Positions 25,342-36,500 of a DNA stretch of 64,000 nucleotides are shown one piece after another. The DNA is taken from assembly GCA_958009085.1 (NCBI GenBank), contig OY253673.1:1426001-1490000 (forward strand). The letters are read 5' to 3'. The notes under the pieces are model-generated. The model was given only the letters and a program-made list of their open reading frames with translations, was not told where the DNA came from and did not search any database. Every line of letters begins with the position of its first letter. The stretch's first letter is position 1. Origin of the DNA: Protoeuglena noctilucae (Eukaryota). The position numbers and the translations under genes are program-made.

Positions 25342-26276
25342 GGTCCTGCTGATGTCCTTTCGTGCCTCCGCGTTGCTGAGGCGTCGTGAAATCGGCACGC
25401 CTGGCCGACAATTTGAATTTGTGGCCTCTTGGCTCAGCCAGGCCGGCAGACCGGCGCAGACTAGGAGGGCTGGCACTGGTTTCAGGCGTCGACGCCAGAG
25501 CAACCACCATTTGCCCGGCTTGCCCGTCGAAAAGCAGCTTTGTGTATGTGACTGTGCCGGCAATTGGGCTAGAAGGATCGGACTGAGTGTCTTGTCGCGC
25601 CCTGTGACTCCAGCGGCTGGAGACAACGTCGAGACGGAGCGAAGGCAATCTGAGTTGCTCCCGTTGCTTGCGAGGTGCCTGGTGAGCTTGCACTGAGAGG
25701 CTGGAGGCTGGGGCTGCGCGGGCTCAGAGCGTGCCTGCGATCCAGCATCCCCCCTCCGGACCCGGCGCCGCGGCCGGCGCGACGCCTCCCCTCTCGATTT
25801 CGATCCCTTCGTTGTCCTGCGGGAAAACCGGGGAATGTGCGGCCCTGCTCCCGCAGGCCAGTGACCGCAGCTTGGCGCACGGGCGCTCAGCTCGCGCGGG
25901 GGTTGAGGGGCGCTCTGGGCATCTCCGGCCGTGCGTTGGCAGATTCTCTTTCCGGCTCCAGGGCTGCGCGCGCCTCTCCCTCGGTGCTGGAGGGCGGACG
26001 GCCTCGCTCTGGTGCGTGAGGATCCCAGGGCCCACAGAGTGCGGGCCGCGTCTGCGCGCGCACCGGCGCGGTCGCCCTCGCATGACGTGCAGCCTTCTCC
26101 CCCTGCGTTCCACGCAGCCATCGCGCCACGCTCGAGTTCGCGCTCGAGTTCGCGGGGAGAGCCGTGTGCTGGCCCGCTGTGCCCTGCTGCCTCCGCGCCG
26201 ACCCCGCCGCGGCCGCGGGGGGGCCGCGTCAGAAGATCTTAACACGTAGCACTTCCGGGGCGTCTGCCCCCCGACG

Positions 26277-29200
26277 ATGGCCCAGGGCTTCGGCCGCGGG
26301 GACATGTCGCTGCTGGCGGATGACAAGGAGTTCCTCCCCGTGTCGGTGAAGGAGCCGACGGAGGAGGACATGATGCAGACGGAAGCACTGAGGTGATACG
26401 CAGATGATGCCGGGGTGGCCCGGGCGGGGAGGGGCGGATCGCCGACGGAGCTAAGCTGACCGCGCGCGTCGTGTCGTGCAGGCAATTCCTGGAGGAGTGC
26501 GATTTGTACGAGCCCGCGGAGGTGATGCAGAGGAGAGAGGAGGTCTTGGAGAAGCTGCGAGTGCTGCTGAACCAGGTGAGGGCGGGCTTGCTCTGAGCAG
26601 CAGAGGCGGGCACGCCCAGGGTAGCATCCCGCCATCTGCCCGCGCCTGTCTCGCTCCGCAGTGGGTGCAGCTGGTGTCCCGCGCGGTAGGCATGGACGAG
26701 GAGGAGACGCAGGACCAGCGCGGACTCATCTTCACCTTTGGGTCGTACCGCCTGGGCGCGCACAAGCCAGGCGGGGACATCGGTGCGGCCGCCCTCTCGC
26801 CGCACGTGCCCTGCGCCCGCTTCCAGCACCCTCGCACGCGCCAACCGATCCCGCGCCCCGCTCCCCGCAGACGTGCTGTGCGTGGGCCCCCAGCACTGCA
26901 CGCGCGAGGGCCATTTCTTCGGGACCGGCCCTTTGTGCTTTGAGCAGATTGTGCGCCTCCACCCCGAGGTGTCAGACGTGCAGCCCGTCCCCGGGGCCTT
27001 CATCCCCGTCATCAAGGTCGCCCTGGCCGGCATCGACCTCGACCTCATCTTCGCGCCGCTACCCATGGTGACGCCCACGGCCACCGCGCGTCGATAGTGC
27101 AACGCACCGTCTCACCCTGTCCCAGCCTGGCCCGTCGCATGAGCGCCGGGACGCTCGACCCCGCGCGTGTGCCCACCACGCCTCCTGCCCCTGCCAACCC
27201 CAGGCCCGCATCCCCCCTGAGTTGGACATTCGACAGGATGCGACCCTGCGCGGCGTCGACGAGCGCACCGCCAACACGCTCAACGGCTCGCGAGTCACCG
27301 ACGCCGTCCTCAAGCTGGTGCCCAACCGCGACGCATTCCACGCAGCACTCAAGTTCGTCAAGCTGTGGGCCGAGAGCAGAGGTGAGGCGGGGCAGGGTGG
27401 GTGGGCAACGGAGCGGCGGGACGAGAGCGGTGCGGAGGGGTGGCGCACCACATGTCTGCCTTGCGCGACGCGTCACATGCCATTGCCCGCCGCCCCGCTC
27501 CCCAGGCATCTACGCCAACAAGATGGGCCTGCTGGGCGGCATCAACTGCGCCATCCTCGTGGCCAAGACGTGCCAGTGGTTCCCCACCGCCAGCGCGGCC
27601 AAGGTCGTGCGCATGTTCTTCCGCATCTTCTCCGAGTGGCAGTGGCCCCGCCAGGTGCAGCTGACGCACGTGGACTACAACAACTCCCTGGGCCACAAGG
27701 TGTGGTGCCACCAGGGATACCACAACCCCTACTGGGACGTCATGCCCATCATCACCCCCGTCTACCCCGCCTTCAACTCCACTCACAACGTCTCCCTCGC
27801 CACGCGGGAAGTCATGGTTGAGGAATTCAAACGGTGAGGCGCGGGGTGTGCGCGTGTTGTGGTGTATGGCGCCAGGTCCCCAGCGCCCCACTTGCCTCAC
27901 CACACGCCCCACTCGCCCCACCGTATGCCTCACTGCATGCCTAACCGTATACCTCACTGCATGCCTCACCCCACGCACCCCCCCCCACCTCCCCCCCAGC
28001 GGCCACGCCATCTGCGAGGAGCTCTTCCAGTCCACGCACCCCGACTTCTCCCGCCTGGTCGAGCCACTCGACTTCTTCGTGTCGTTCCGACGGTACATAT
28101 GCGTCGAGGTGAAGAGGGCTTAGGACCAAGGGAGTCTCTTCATAACACAGCAGGAGTGGCGGGTATTAAGGGAGTAGCAGAGTAGGAGTGGCAGCTACCC
28201 GACCCCTCTTGCCCCGCCTGCCGGCTCTGACAATCGGGCCCCTGCCACTGCGACCATTACCATGCGTCCATTTGACCATGGTACCTGCCCACGACGTCCC
28301 ACGGCGTCTGCCCTCTCTTTGCAGATCTCTGCCACGGACCCCGACCACTTCAAGCGGTGGCAGGGGTGGGTCATGGCACGCACGCGGCTGCTCGTGCAGA
28401 GCATCCAGGAGCTCATGTGCGTGCGGCCGTGGCCCGAGGAGATCACGCCACCCGAGGTGAGGGAGAGCTGTGGATGCAGATGCAGATGCGGGGATGAGGG
28501 GCGTGTTGAGCAACGTTGCTAGACAGTATATGCTCTCCTAACCCTGGCGGTCTAGATGGGGTGACGAGTGTTGCGGCCGATGACGATGACTCTCTGAGAC
28601 ACGGCAGAACTCTGCGGAAGTGACGAGTTCAGTCTTACGGATCCATCCGAGGCCCACTGCTGCTGTCTCATCTTGCGCTGCCCATGATTGTCGAGTAACC
28701 GCCCTCTTGCATTGCACTGCCCATCATTGTTGAGTTACCGTCCTGTCGCTCTGCCCTGCTTTTGCCACCCCTGTTGTTGCTGTTGCCACCCCCGCTGTTG
28801 CCACCCCCTTCTGTTGCCGCGGCCCATGACGACCACACACCCCGGAACGCCACGCGATGACGGATCATTTGTATTCTCCGAGGCCTTTGCCACGCGTCTG
28901 CCATCCACCCGATCTCCCCTAGTATCTACCCTGCACTTGCATTGACAGTGCAACCCACACCCCCGTCGTTTGCGCTCTCACCTTTGTCGCGCCCCCACAC
29001 GCACGCACCAGTCACTCGCGCTCTCACCCGCACCTGTCCCTTCCCCCACCCTAGCACTTCTACTCACCTCTCCTCATCTCCCCCAGAGTGACCGTGAGCC
29101 CGGCGCCTTCCGCTCCTTCCTCTACCTGGGCGTGGCCAGGCGCAAGGACCGGCTGTTCGAGTGGTCACCCGAGCCACCCAAGACCATCACTTTGAATGGA

Positions 29201-30211
29201 CCAGTCGAGAGCTGGCTGCACAAGGCGAGGCGCGCGTGGCAATGGCACCGGTCCCATGGCTCGAGCGCTCAGCCCCAGCCCCCACTGCAGCTGCACCGTG
29301 CAGGCCCCATGCCACCCAGCGGCCCCTGCCACCTCTGTTGTAGCCCGCAGCTGTACGCTCACCCGGCACCCCTGTTGTGAAGTACCCGCAGCTGTACGCT
29401 CACCCGCACCCCTCTTGCACCCACCCGCAGCTGTACGAGTTCAGTGACTACGTGGAGGGCCGCATCCAGGACGTCTCCGTCAAGGTCGACATCGTGGACC
29501 AGGACCACCTGCCTCCGTGGATATGGAGCAGGGACAGGGACAGGGGCGACGCCGTCAGCAGGCGAGCAGACACTCTAGGGGTGCAGAGGGCTGGGACTGG
29601 CGTGTGTACATCGTCAACCGTGGTCGCCAACCGTGGTCGCCGCGCGTTCTCGTCATGTGTCGATTGTGATCGCTCTCACCACCCCCCATGGCTCCTCTCT
29701 CGCAGTGACGACCGTACCCGCAACGGCACGGCGTCGGCAGCTGAGCCGGCCCCTTCCGACACGTCAGACCGGCGCAAGCGGCCGCGGGGGCACGAGGAGC
29801 GGGGGACCAAGGGCGCGGGGCAGCCGGCGAATGGGGAGTGCGCGGGGGAGTGGGACAGGGACGGGGCGGGTGATGCGGGGGATGGGGAGGGGGTGCATGG
29901 GGCACATGGGCGCGAGCGGGGGGTCAGCGGTGGGAGCGACGGGGTGCCTGGGTCGGCGACGCAGGGCAAGCGGCAGCGTGGCCCGACGGAGGGGGACGAG
30001 GGCGGGGTGGGGGTGGCGGGGGAGGGGGATGACGGGGGGGGGGGGGGACGGGGGTGGGGGGCGGGGCGCGCCGCACGGTGCGGCCAACGCGAGCCTGCAT
30101 TCGAATCTTACGGGGGACCTGCAGGCGCTGGAGGTGGACGGCGACGTGGAGGGTCCCAGGCGGGGGCCACGAGAAGGGGGTGTGGCGGTGGGGAGGGGGG
30201 AGGCGCAGTGA
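26277..30211 (+). CDS. PAP: Canonical nuclear poly(A) polymerase, paralog 2 (tandem duplicate; 3' end may extend to 30351)
   Basis: [79 protein letters not shown]. The C-terminal frame is ambiguous across a poly-G run at about 30034-30047. Confidence 0.92.
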
Positions 30212-30443
30212 CGGGCGCGGTGACATGCGCGGTGTCGCGGTCTCTTGGATCGGATTTAAAGCGACAGCGTCGTGCAGCGGGTCTCGCGCCACGCCGGATT
30301 CCCCAGCAGCGGGGCGGGAGAGCAGCCCCGCCCTGCCAGCGCCATCTGTAGACGCCCCCTAGGGTCTACCCCTGGCCTAGCCCGCCCCCCTTGCGTAGCC
30401 CCTGCCTTGAACGCCGAGAGCCCGGCTGCGTTGCGGCGTCTCC

Positions 30444-31199
30444 TTAGTGCGCCCTCGCGTGGGCCAGGTAGTAGCTGCGCCCCACAAACATCCACAGGAA
30501 CGACACGCTGCTGATGACCAGGGGCGCCAGGGCACCGCGGGCGGTGGTGCGGTAAACGGTGTACTCGAGGAAGAAGTGGACGAACGCGATCAGGAAGGAC
30601 GCCATGGTCGCGTAGTAGATGCCAGGCTGCGTGCGGGACGAGGGGCGGGTGGGCGGGCAATCGCTACGGCACTCGCATAGCCGAGTCTTCGTCGGGTCGA
30701 AAAACATGAGGTACCTGGGAGGGGTCATGGGCGCAGATGAGGCACAGGATGCACGAGGTGATGGTCCACGTGGCGAAGGTGCGGGCCTGAAGCGGGTTGG
30801 CTGCAGGGAAGGGCGGTCTGGGCGGTCACGGCCTATAAGGTGCTGGCTCCGCACGAGAGGACGCGCGATCGACGTATAGCCATTTCGAGCGCCGCTTTAA
30901 GACTCCATTGCCCGCCGATCGCCGGGCCGCGAGCGGGGCCGTGCGCTGAAGGAAGCATCCGATCCCCGGCGCACACCTGTCTCCGCCGAAACCCGCTCGT
31001 AGACATTCTTGTGGATGGTCGAAGGAGAGAAGTACCCCAGGACGACTGCGAGCGAAAATGGCCGTCGTGAGCGCCGGGGAACCACTGCCGTTCGACATGC
31101 ATCGGCGGGCCTCCCCATCTCACCCGAGAAGAGCCTCATCAGAGCCGCAAACTGCAGCCACCTAGAGAGGAACAGCGAAGACGTCTCTTCCGCCGGCAT
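30444..31199 (-). CDS. ERG28: Ergosterol biosynthesis protein 28 (ER sterol C4-demethylation scaffold)
   Basis: Spliced LSRWLQFAALMRLFS-VVLGYF...QARTFATWTITSCILCLICAHDP-SQPGIYYATMASFLIAFVHFFLEYTVY matches the ERG28 pattern. Confidence 0.85.
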
Positions 31200-31551
31200 G
31201 ATGCCCTCTCCTCCGCGGATGTGGTGCCCAGAGGCGTGTTTGCGACCGGGAGGGACCAGGAGTCCACCCCGGCGACTGGCTCAGAGGCGAGGGCGCAGGA
31301 ACGGTTTTAAGAAGTCCTCGCGAGAGTGGGCAAGAGCGGTCTGGCAACCGAGATGGGGGCTTTCGCATCATGCGTCCCCGGCACCGGCGCAGCTGACAAA
31401 GTCGGCTCATCATTTGCTGCCTGGTGCGCCTACTCTCGTTGCTGTAACGCGCGTCATCCCCGCCCTTTGAGCTGGTTGGATTTCCAGCGATACGGGTCCC
31501 ATTGGCTCCCACATCTGGCCCCGCCACGGCGTGCTGTCATTTCCACCCACT

Positions 31552-33244
31552 ATGTTGGCATCAAAAAAGGTGATAGTCATTCATCTGTTTCCACGGGTGC
31601 ACGCAGCTCGAGTCCTCCTCGCACCGGGGTGCTGCTGCCAACTGTCATTGCTGGCATCGCCGCAGGTCGTCGCGGTCGTCAATGCCAACGCTCCGCAGGG
31701 CGCGGCCGTCGCGCGGACACTCCTAGACGATGTGCGTATGCCCGCGCCCGCTCTGGCGAGGACCGGAACTGCCCACGCTCTGCTGTCAGATTTCTAGTCT
31801 ACCGTTTCCCGCATCTCGCTGCCTTCTATCGCAGGGGACCTTCTTGGTCCGCTGTCTGGTGCGCGACCCCGACCACGAGAACGCGCGCGCCTTCTTCTCC
31901 CGCGGCGCTGCGATCGAGCGCGTGTTGGACCCAACGGACCCCGAGGCCCTCGAGGGCGCCCTCGCCCGCTGCCACGGCGTCTTCCTGGCGGGCCAGTACT
32001 GGGGCAGTTTCAGCGCCGACCACGTAAAGAGGGAGGCGGACGCGGTGGGCAGGGCCGCGCGTGCGGCTGGCGTGCACCACCTCGTCTACGCCACGCTCCC
32101 CGACTCCCGCGGCCTCGGCGCCGTCGCTGCGCCCCCGGCCTCAGAGGAGGGCCGCCCCGTGCCACTCTCCGACAGCAAGGCGAGCGAGCAAGCGCATCGT
32201 GGCAGATGGCTGCGTTGCGTGCTTTACTTCGTGCCTAAGCGGCTCCCCCTGCTTTCTATGCCAGGCCGAGTCCGAGACGTGCTTTGAGGCATCCCCTGCG
32301 TCTCCTTCGTCGTCCCCGGGGTTTTCTACGACGACATCCCCGCCCTTGGCCTCCTCCGCCGCCACCCTGTCACGCACGAACTGGCACTCGGGTCCAACGT
32401 GGGCATGGAGGGGCGGCTCCCCTGGACTTTTCTGGAGGATTTGGGGAAGGTGGTGCTCGGGTGAGGCATCATGATAGATGAGCATGAGGAGGGTGGGGCT
32501 AGGGTGGGTGAGGGGTCCATGGAGAGACGTGCACATGGGGAGGAGAATGGCGGGGGTGTGCTGCGTGCATGCGAGGGGTACGTGGCAAGAAGCAGAGCCC
32601 TTGCCTTGGCGCTTCTCGTCTCTCCCAGGCACTTCCAGCGTGGCGATGAGGCTAGGGGAGAGCGCACGTTCGTGGTTAGCGAGTGGGCTACCGGGGCCGA
32701 CCTCTGCCGCCAACTGCACGAGGCGAGGGGCGGGGGCAGCATGCGACGGGTGGCAGAGAGGCTGGGTTGCTTCCACAGATACCGACGCACTGCGCTTTTG
32801 GCCCCATCCCACGCCCACGCTATGACACATGACCACAGGTGACAGAGGAAATCGTGCACCCCGCATTCGAATCCACAGCTGACTTCGCCAAGAGCCATGT
32901 GCGGGGAGCAGAGGACCTCGCTGCGTTGATCGACATGCTCAAGTGAGGGCGGATGCGGCATGTGGTGATGGTCAACATGTTCGATCTGACGCACGGAATA
33001 CTTCCGAGGTATAGGATGCGTGTTCGTGTGCAGTATCCACCTGGTCACGTGGCGAAGCAACTCGCTGCCTTTGCTCTTGCTCCCCAGGTCCCCCAGCTTC
33101 CAGGAGCTGGCCGAGAGCGAGGGGGCCGTGGCGGGCCTGCGTCGGTACCTCCACCATCCCCAGCCATTCAAGGTGTGGGGAGAGGCCCACCGGGAGTGGC
33201 TGCGGAACCCAAGGGGGGTGGAAGGCGAGGTGCCCACGTGTTGA
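31552..33244 (+). CDS. NmrA-like atypical SDR / Rossmann-fold protein (apparent 1-nt frameshift near 32288)
   Basis: VVAVVNANAPQGAAVARTLL, FLVRCLVRDP, DPTDPEALEGALARCHGVF, AARAAGVHHLVYATL, VPLSDSK-AESE...GIPCVSFVVPGVFYDD, LPWTFLEDLGKVV. Confidence 0.75.
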
Positions 33245-33508
33245 GGGTTCTACCCTCGGGGGGAAAAAAGTATCACCACGCAGGCGGTCTTTGACACCCA
33301 AGGAGACTGACGGAGATGCCAAGGTGTTTGAGAGAGAGATGCATATAGGCATTTTCTCTTTTTCACGGATCACTGCGCGAGCGCTTTCCTGTTCGTCACA
33401 TATGCACTACGCGCACTGACACTCGAGCCTGCTACCGCCTGCACCCTCCCATCGGCTAGTCTATCAAAGCAGCGCCCTAGACCCTCCCTAGCAACGCTGT
33501 CTAGACCG

Positions 33509-36500
33509 TCACTGCGCCAGCGCCGCCAGCGCCCCCGCCAGCAGCACCGCCCCCGCCATCCGCGCCACCGCGGCCGCCGCTGGGGTGGGCGAGGGGGTCG
33601 GGGAGGGGTGGGGCGCGACGGGGAAGGTGGCGATGGGCACTGGGGTGGCCGGCACACTGACGGCCGCCACGGTGACCGCGGGGACCTCGGCCGCATAGAG
33701 CGGGGAGGTGGGGTCCTGCGCCGCCTGCTGCAGGGCGGCCGACAGTGCCTGGCGCAGGGAGGCACCGGACCCTAAGGACGCAGCCACGGAGTCTGCGGCG
33801 GTCATGGTGGGGACCTGGACCAATGCGACCAGCTGGAGGGTGAACTGGGGGTGCGGGAAGGGATGGGTAGAGATGAGGGTGGGAGTGGGGTTGGAGCGTG
33901 AACTGGGGGAACGGGAAGGGATGGGGCGGCGGTGAGGGCGTGCAAGTGGAGCAGGATTTGTGGGTCTGTCACAGAAGCGCAGTCATGGGGTAGCAGTGAC
34001 GGTACAAGGGAAGCAGTTGTGGGAGATACGAGAGAGACAGCATCGGCGCTTTGCATGGCCACCCCCGCGTGCGTCGCTCACCACTCGCAGGCTCCGCCTG
34101 GCCCCCCCGGTGGTCTGCTCCACCGACACGGCCGAGGGCGCGATGCCCTGGGCGGAGAGCTGGGCGGCCGTCTGCGCGGCCACGAGCGCGCGCACCCCGT
34201 CGATGACCACCGCGCTCGGCTGCCCCTGGAACACGAGCGTCACGGGCACCCGCACCGCCAATGACCCGGGGGTGCCACTCGGGGGAGGCGCGTAGATGCC
34301 CTGCACCAGAACCGTGGCTGTGAAGACGTCCGAGCGGAGGTACCCGGTGGAGGCGTCGTCAGCGACGGGGGAGCAGGTGACGGGGATGGAGAGGGGCGCC
34401 CCGCTCGTCACGGGCAGGGCTGACAGGTACAGCCCCACCCCCGAGGGCGTCACGGCGATCTGCGTGCCCGCTGCCGAGGGGGACGCCAGGACGGTGATGC
34501 CGGACGCGGCTGTGCACGACACCGTCACGGCCGCACTCAGGGCCTGCGGGGGAGGGGCGCGGGAGGCACTGGTGGAGCGATCGATATGATGGCGCGAGCC
34601 ATCACCATCACTAAACAACAACCACTACCTCGCAACACAGCTCTGTGACCCATCCGCAGCGCCCGTCACCTTGGCTCCCAGCAGCTCCCCCGTCCCGTAC
34701 TGCACCCCCTCGAATCCCTCGACCCCCGTCACCACCGTGCCGACCGCGAGGGCCTTGCCGCCCGTGTCGAGGGCCCTGGCGCCCGAGGTAAAGACCACCG
34801 CCTGATTGCGCACCCAGACATCAAAGGACGCGGTTGCCGAGGTGGGGTAGCCCCCCGCGGCAGCCACGGGGGCGCAGGTGAAGCTGACGAGCGTGTCGGC
34901 GTTGACGGTGGCGGGGGGCGGGAGGGTCACGTCGACGGGGGTGCCGCCGACCAGGGAGGAGTTGGTGGGCAGCGTGAGGCCGGGCACGCTGGGGATGATC
35001 TTGGGGAGGGTTGAGGTGCACGTCACGGAGAGGGTCGAGGTGGGGGCGACCGTGGTGAACAGCCGCACCAGCTGGCCGGCCGTGGTGGAGGAACCCTCAA
35101 AGACGGCGGGGGTGGACGCGGCTACCCCCGCCTGCAGCACGGTGCCCGCCGTCACGGCCGGGCCCGCGCGCGAGGCCGTCACTGATGCTCCTGCGACCGC
35201 GGAGAGCGCCCGCGGCAGCACGCGCACGGTGAACTGAGCCGCCTCGTTGCCCTGGTACGCCACGCCCGGGCACTCGACGGTGCAGGTGAAGGTGACCGTG
35301 GCGGCGGCGGTGAGGTCGCTGGCGCCGGGGATGGTGGCGGCCTGGGGCGTGAAGGTGAGGCTGTGTGCATTGAAGCTGGCGATGAGGGATGGGGTGTCTG
35401 ACACGCAGTTGAGGTTCACGGGGTTGACTTCGGTCTTGGCCCGCACTTGCACCAGCGTGGACGTGGCGCTCTCCCCCGCCACCACCAGCACGAACGGGGG
35501 CTTGCCCGCCGTGAACCCCACGCTGCGCCCAGCGGGGATCCCCTGCAGCGTGGCGTAGTCCACGGCTGTGGTGCCCGCCAGCACCAGCACGCCGTGGTTG
35601 AACACCAGCACCTGCGGATAGGTCCAACCAGGATGATGTACATTAGTCTATTACTTGCCCTTGAATTGCATGGCTCATACCGCACATTGCACATTGCTCA
35701 CAGGCATGTCTACACAACACACGCATGCCACCCGCGCCCCTCTCACCTGGAACGTGACAAAGTCGGACGTGGTGAGCCCCCCCGCGGCCTTGCTGGGGGA
35801 GCAGGTGTAGGTGATGACCTGGTCGCCCGAGATGGGACCGGCGGGGGGCGGGAGGGGCACAGCCGCCGCCTGCGCCGAGCTGGCGGTGACGCCGGACACG
35901 TCGGCCATGACAGCAGAAGCCGATGAGACGCAAGCGAGGGAGACGGGCGACGAGGGCGCCTGGTTGACGCCCAACAGCACCACGGTGCCCGTGTCAGTGT
36001 GCTGCCCCAAAGAGACCACCGGCGTGGCCCCGCCCGCTCCCCCGGAGATGTCCGTGGCGGCCCCGAAGGTCAAAAGCGAGTCGGAGCGCACGGCGGTGGG
36101 GGCGGCGTAGGCGATGAGATAGAGTCGGCGAACGCGCACATCGAAGGTCACCGTGGCGGCAACCGCGGCCGCGGAGGACGGAGTGGGGGCGGGGGTGGTG
36201 CCCGAGGCCGGGGTGGCCGCGGGGGCGCTGGGGGCGGGGGCTGCCGTGGTGGCGGCCGGGGTGGCCTTGCTGGGGGCGCACGTGTAGGTGACGGTGGTGT
36301 CGACCGCGACGTTGGCCGTGATGGCCGGGAGGGGCACGGCGACAGGCGAGGTGCCTGAGATGGCGATGCCCGGCACGCTGGCCATGAGGTTGGGCACCGA
36401 GGACGTGCAGTCGTAGGTGACGGGGGCGGCGGGGGTGGCCGAGGCGCGGAGGGCGACGGCGGTGGAGGTGGCGGGGGACCCCTCAGGGAGGGAGATGGTG

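Noticed and set aside
32285..32287. In-frame TGA as selenocysteine or readthrough in the NmrA-like gene
   Set aside because: The splice phase favours the AESETCFE frame, a single missing G explains the break, and no SECIS was identified.
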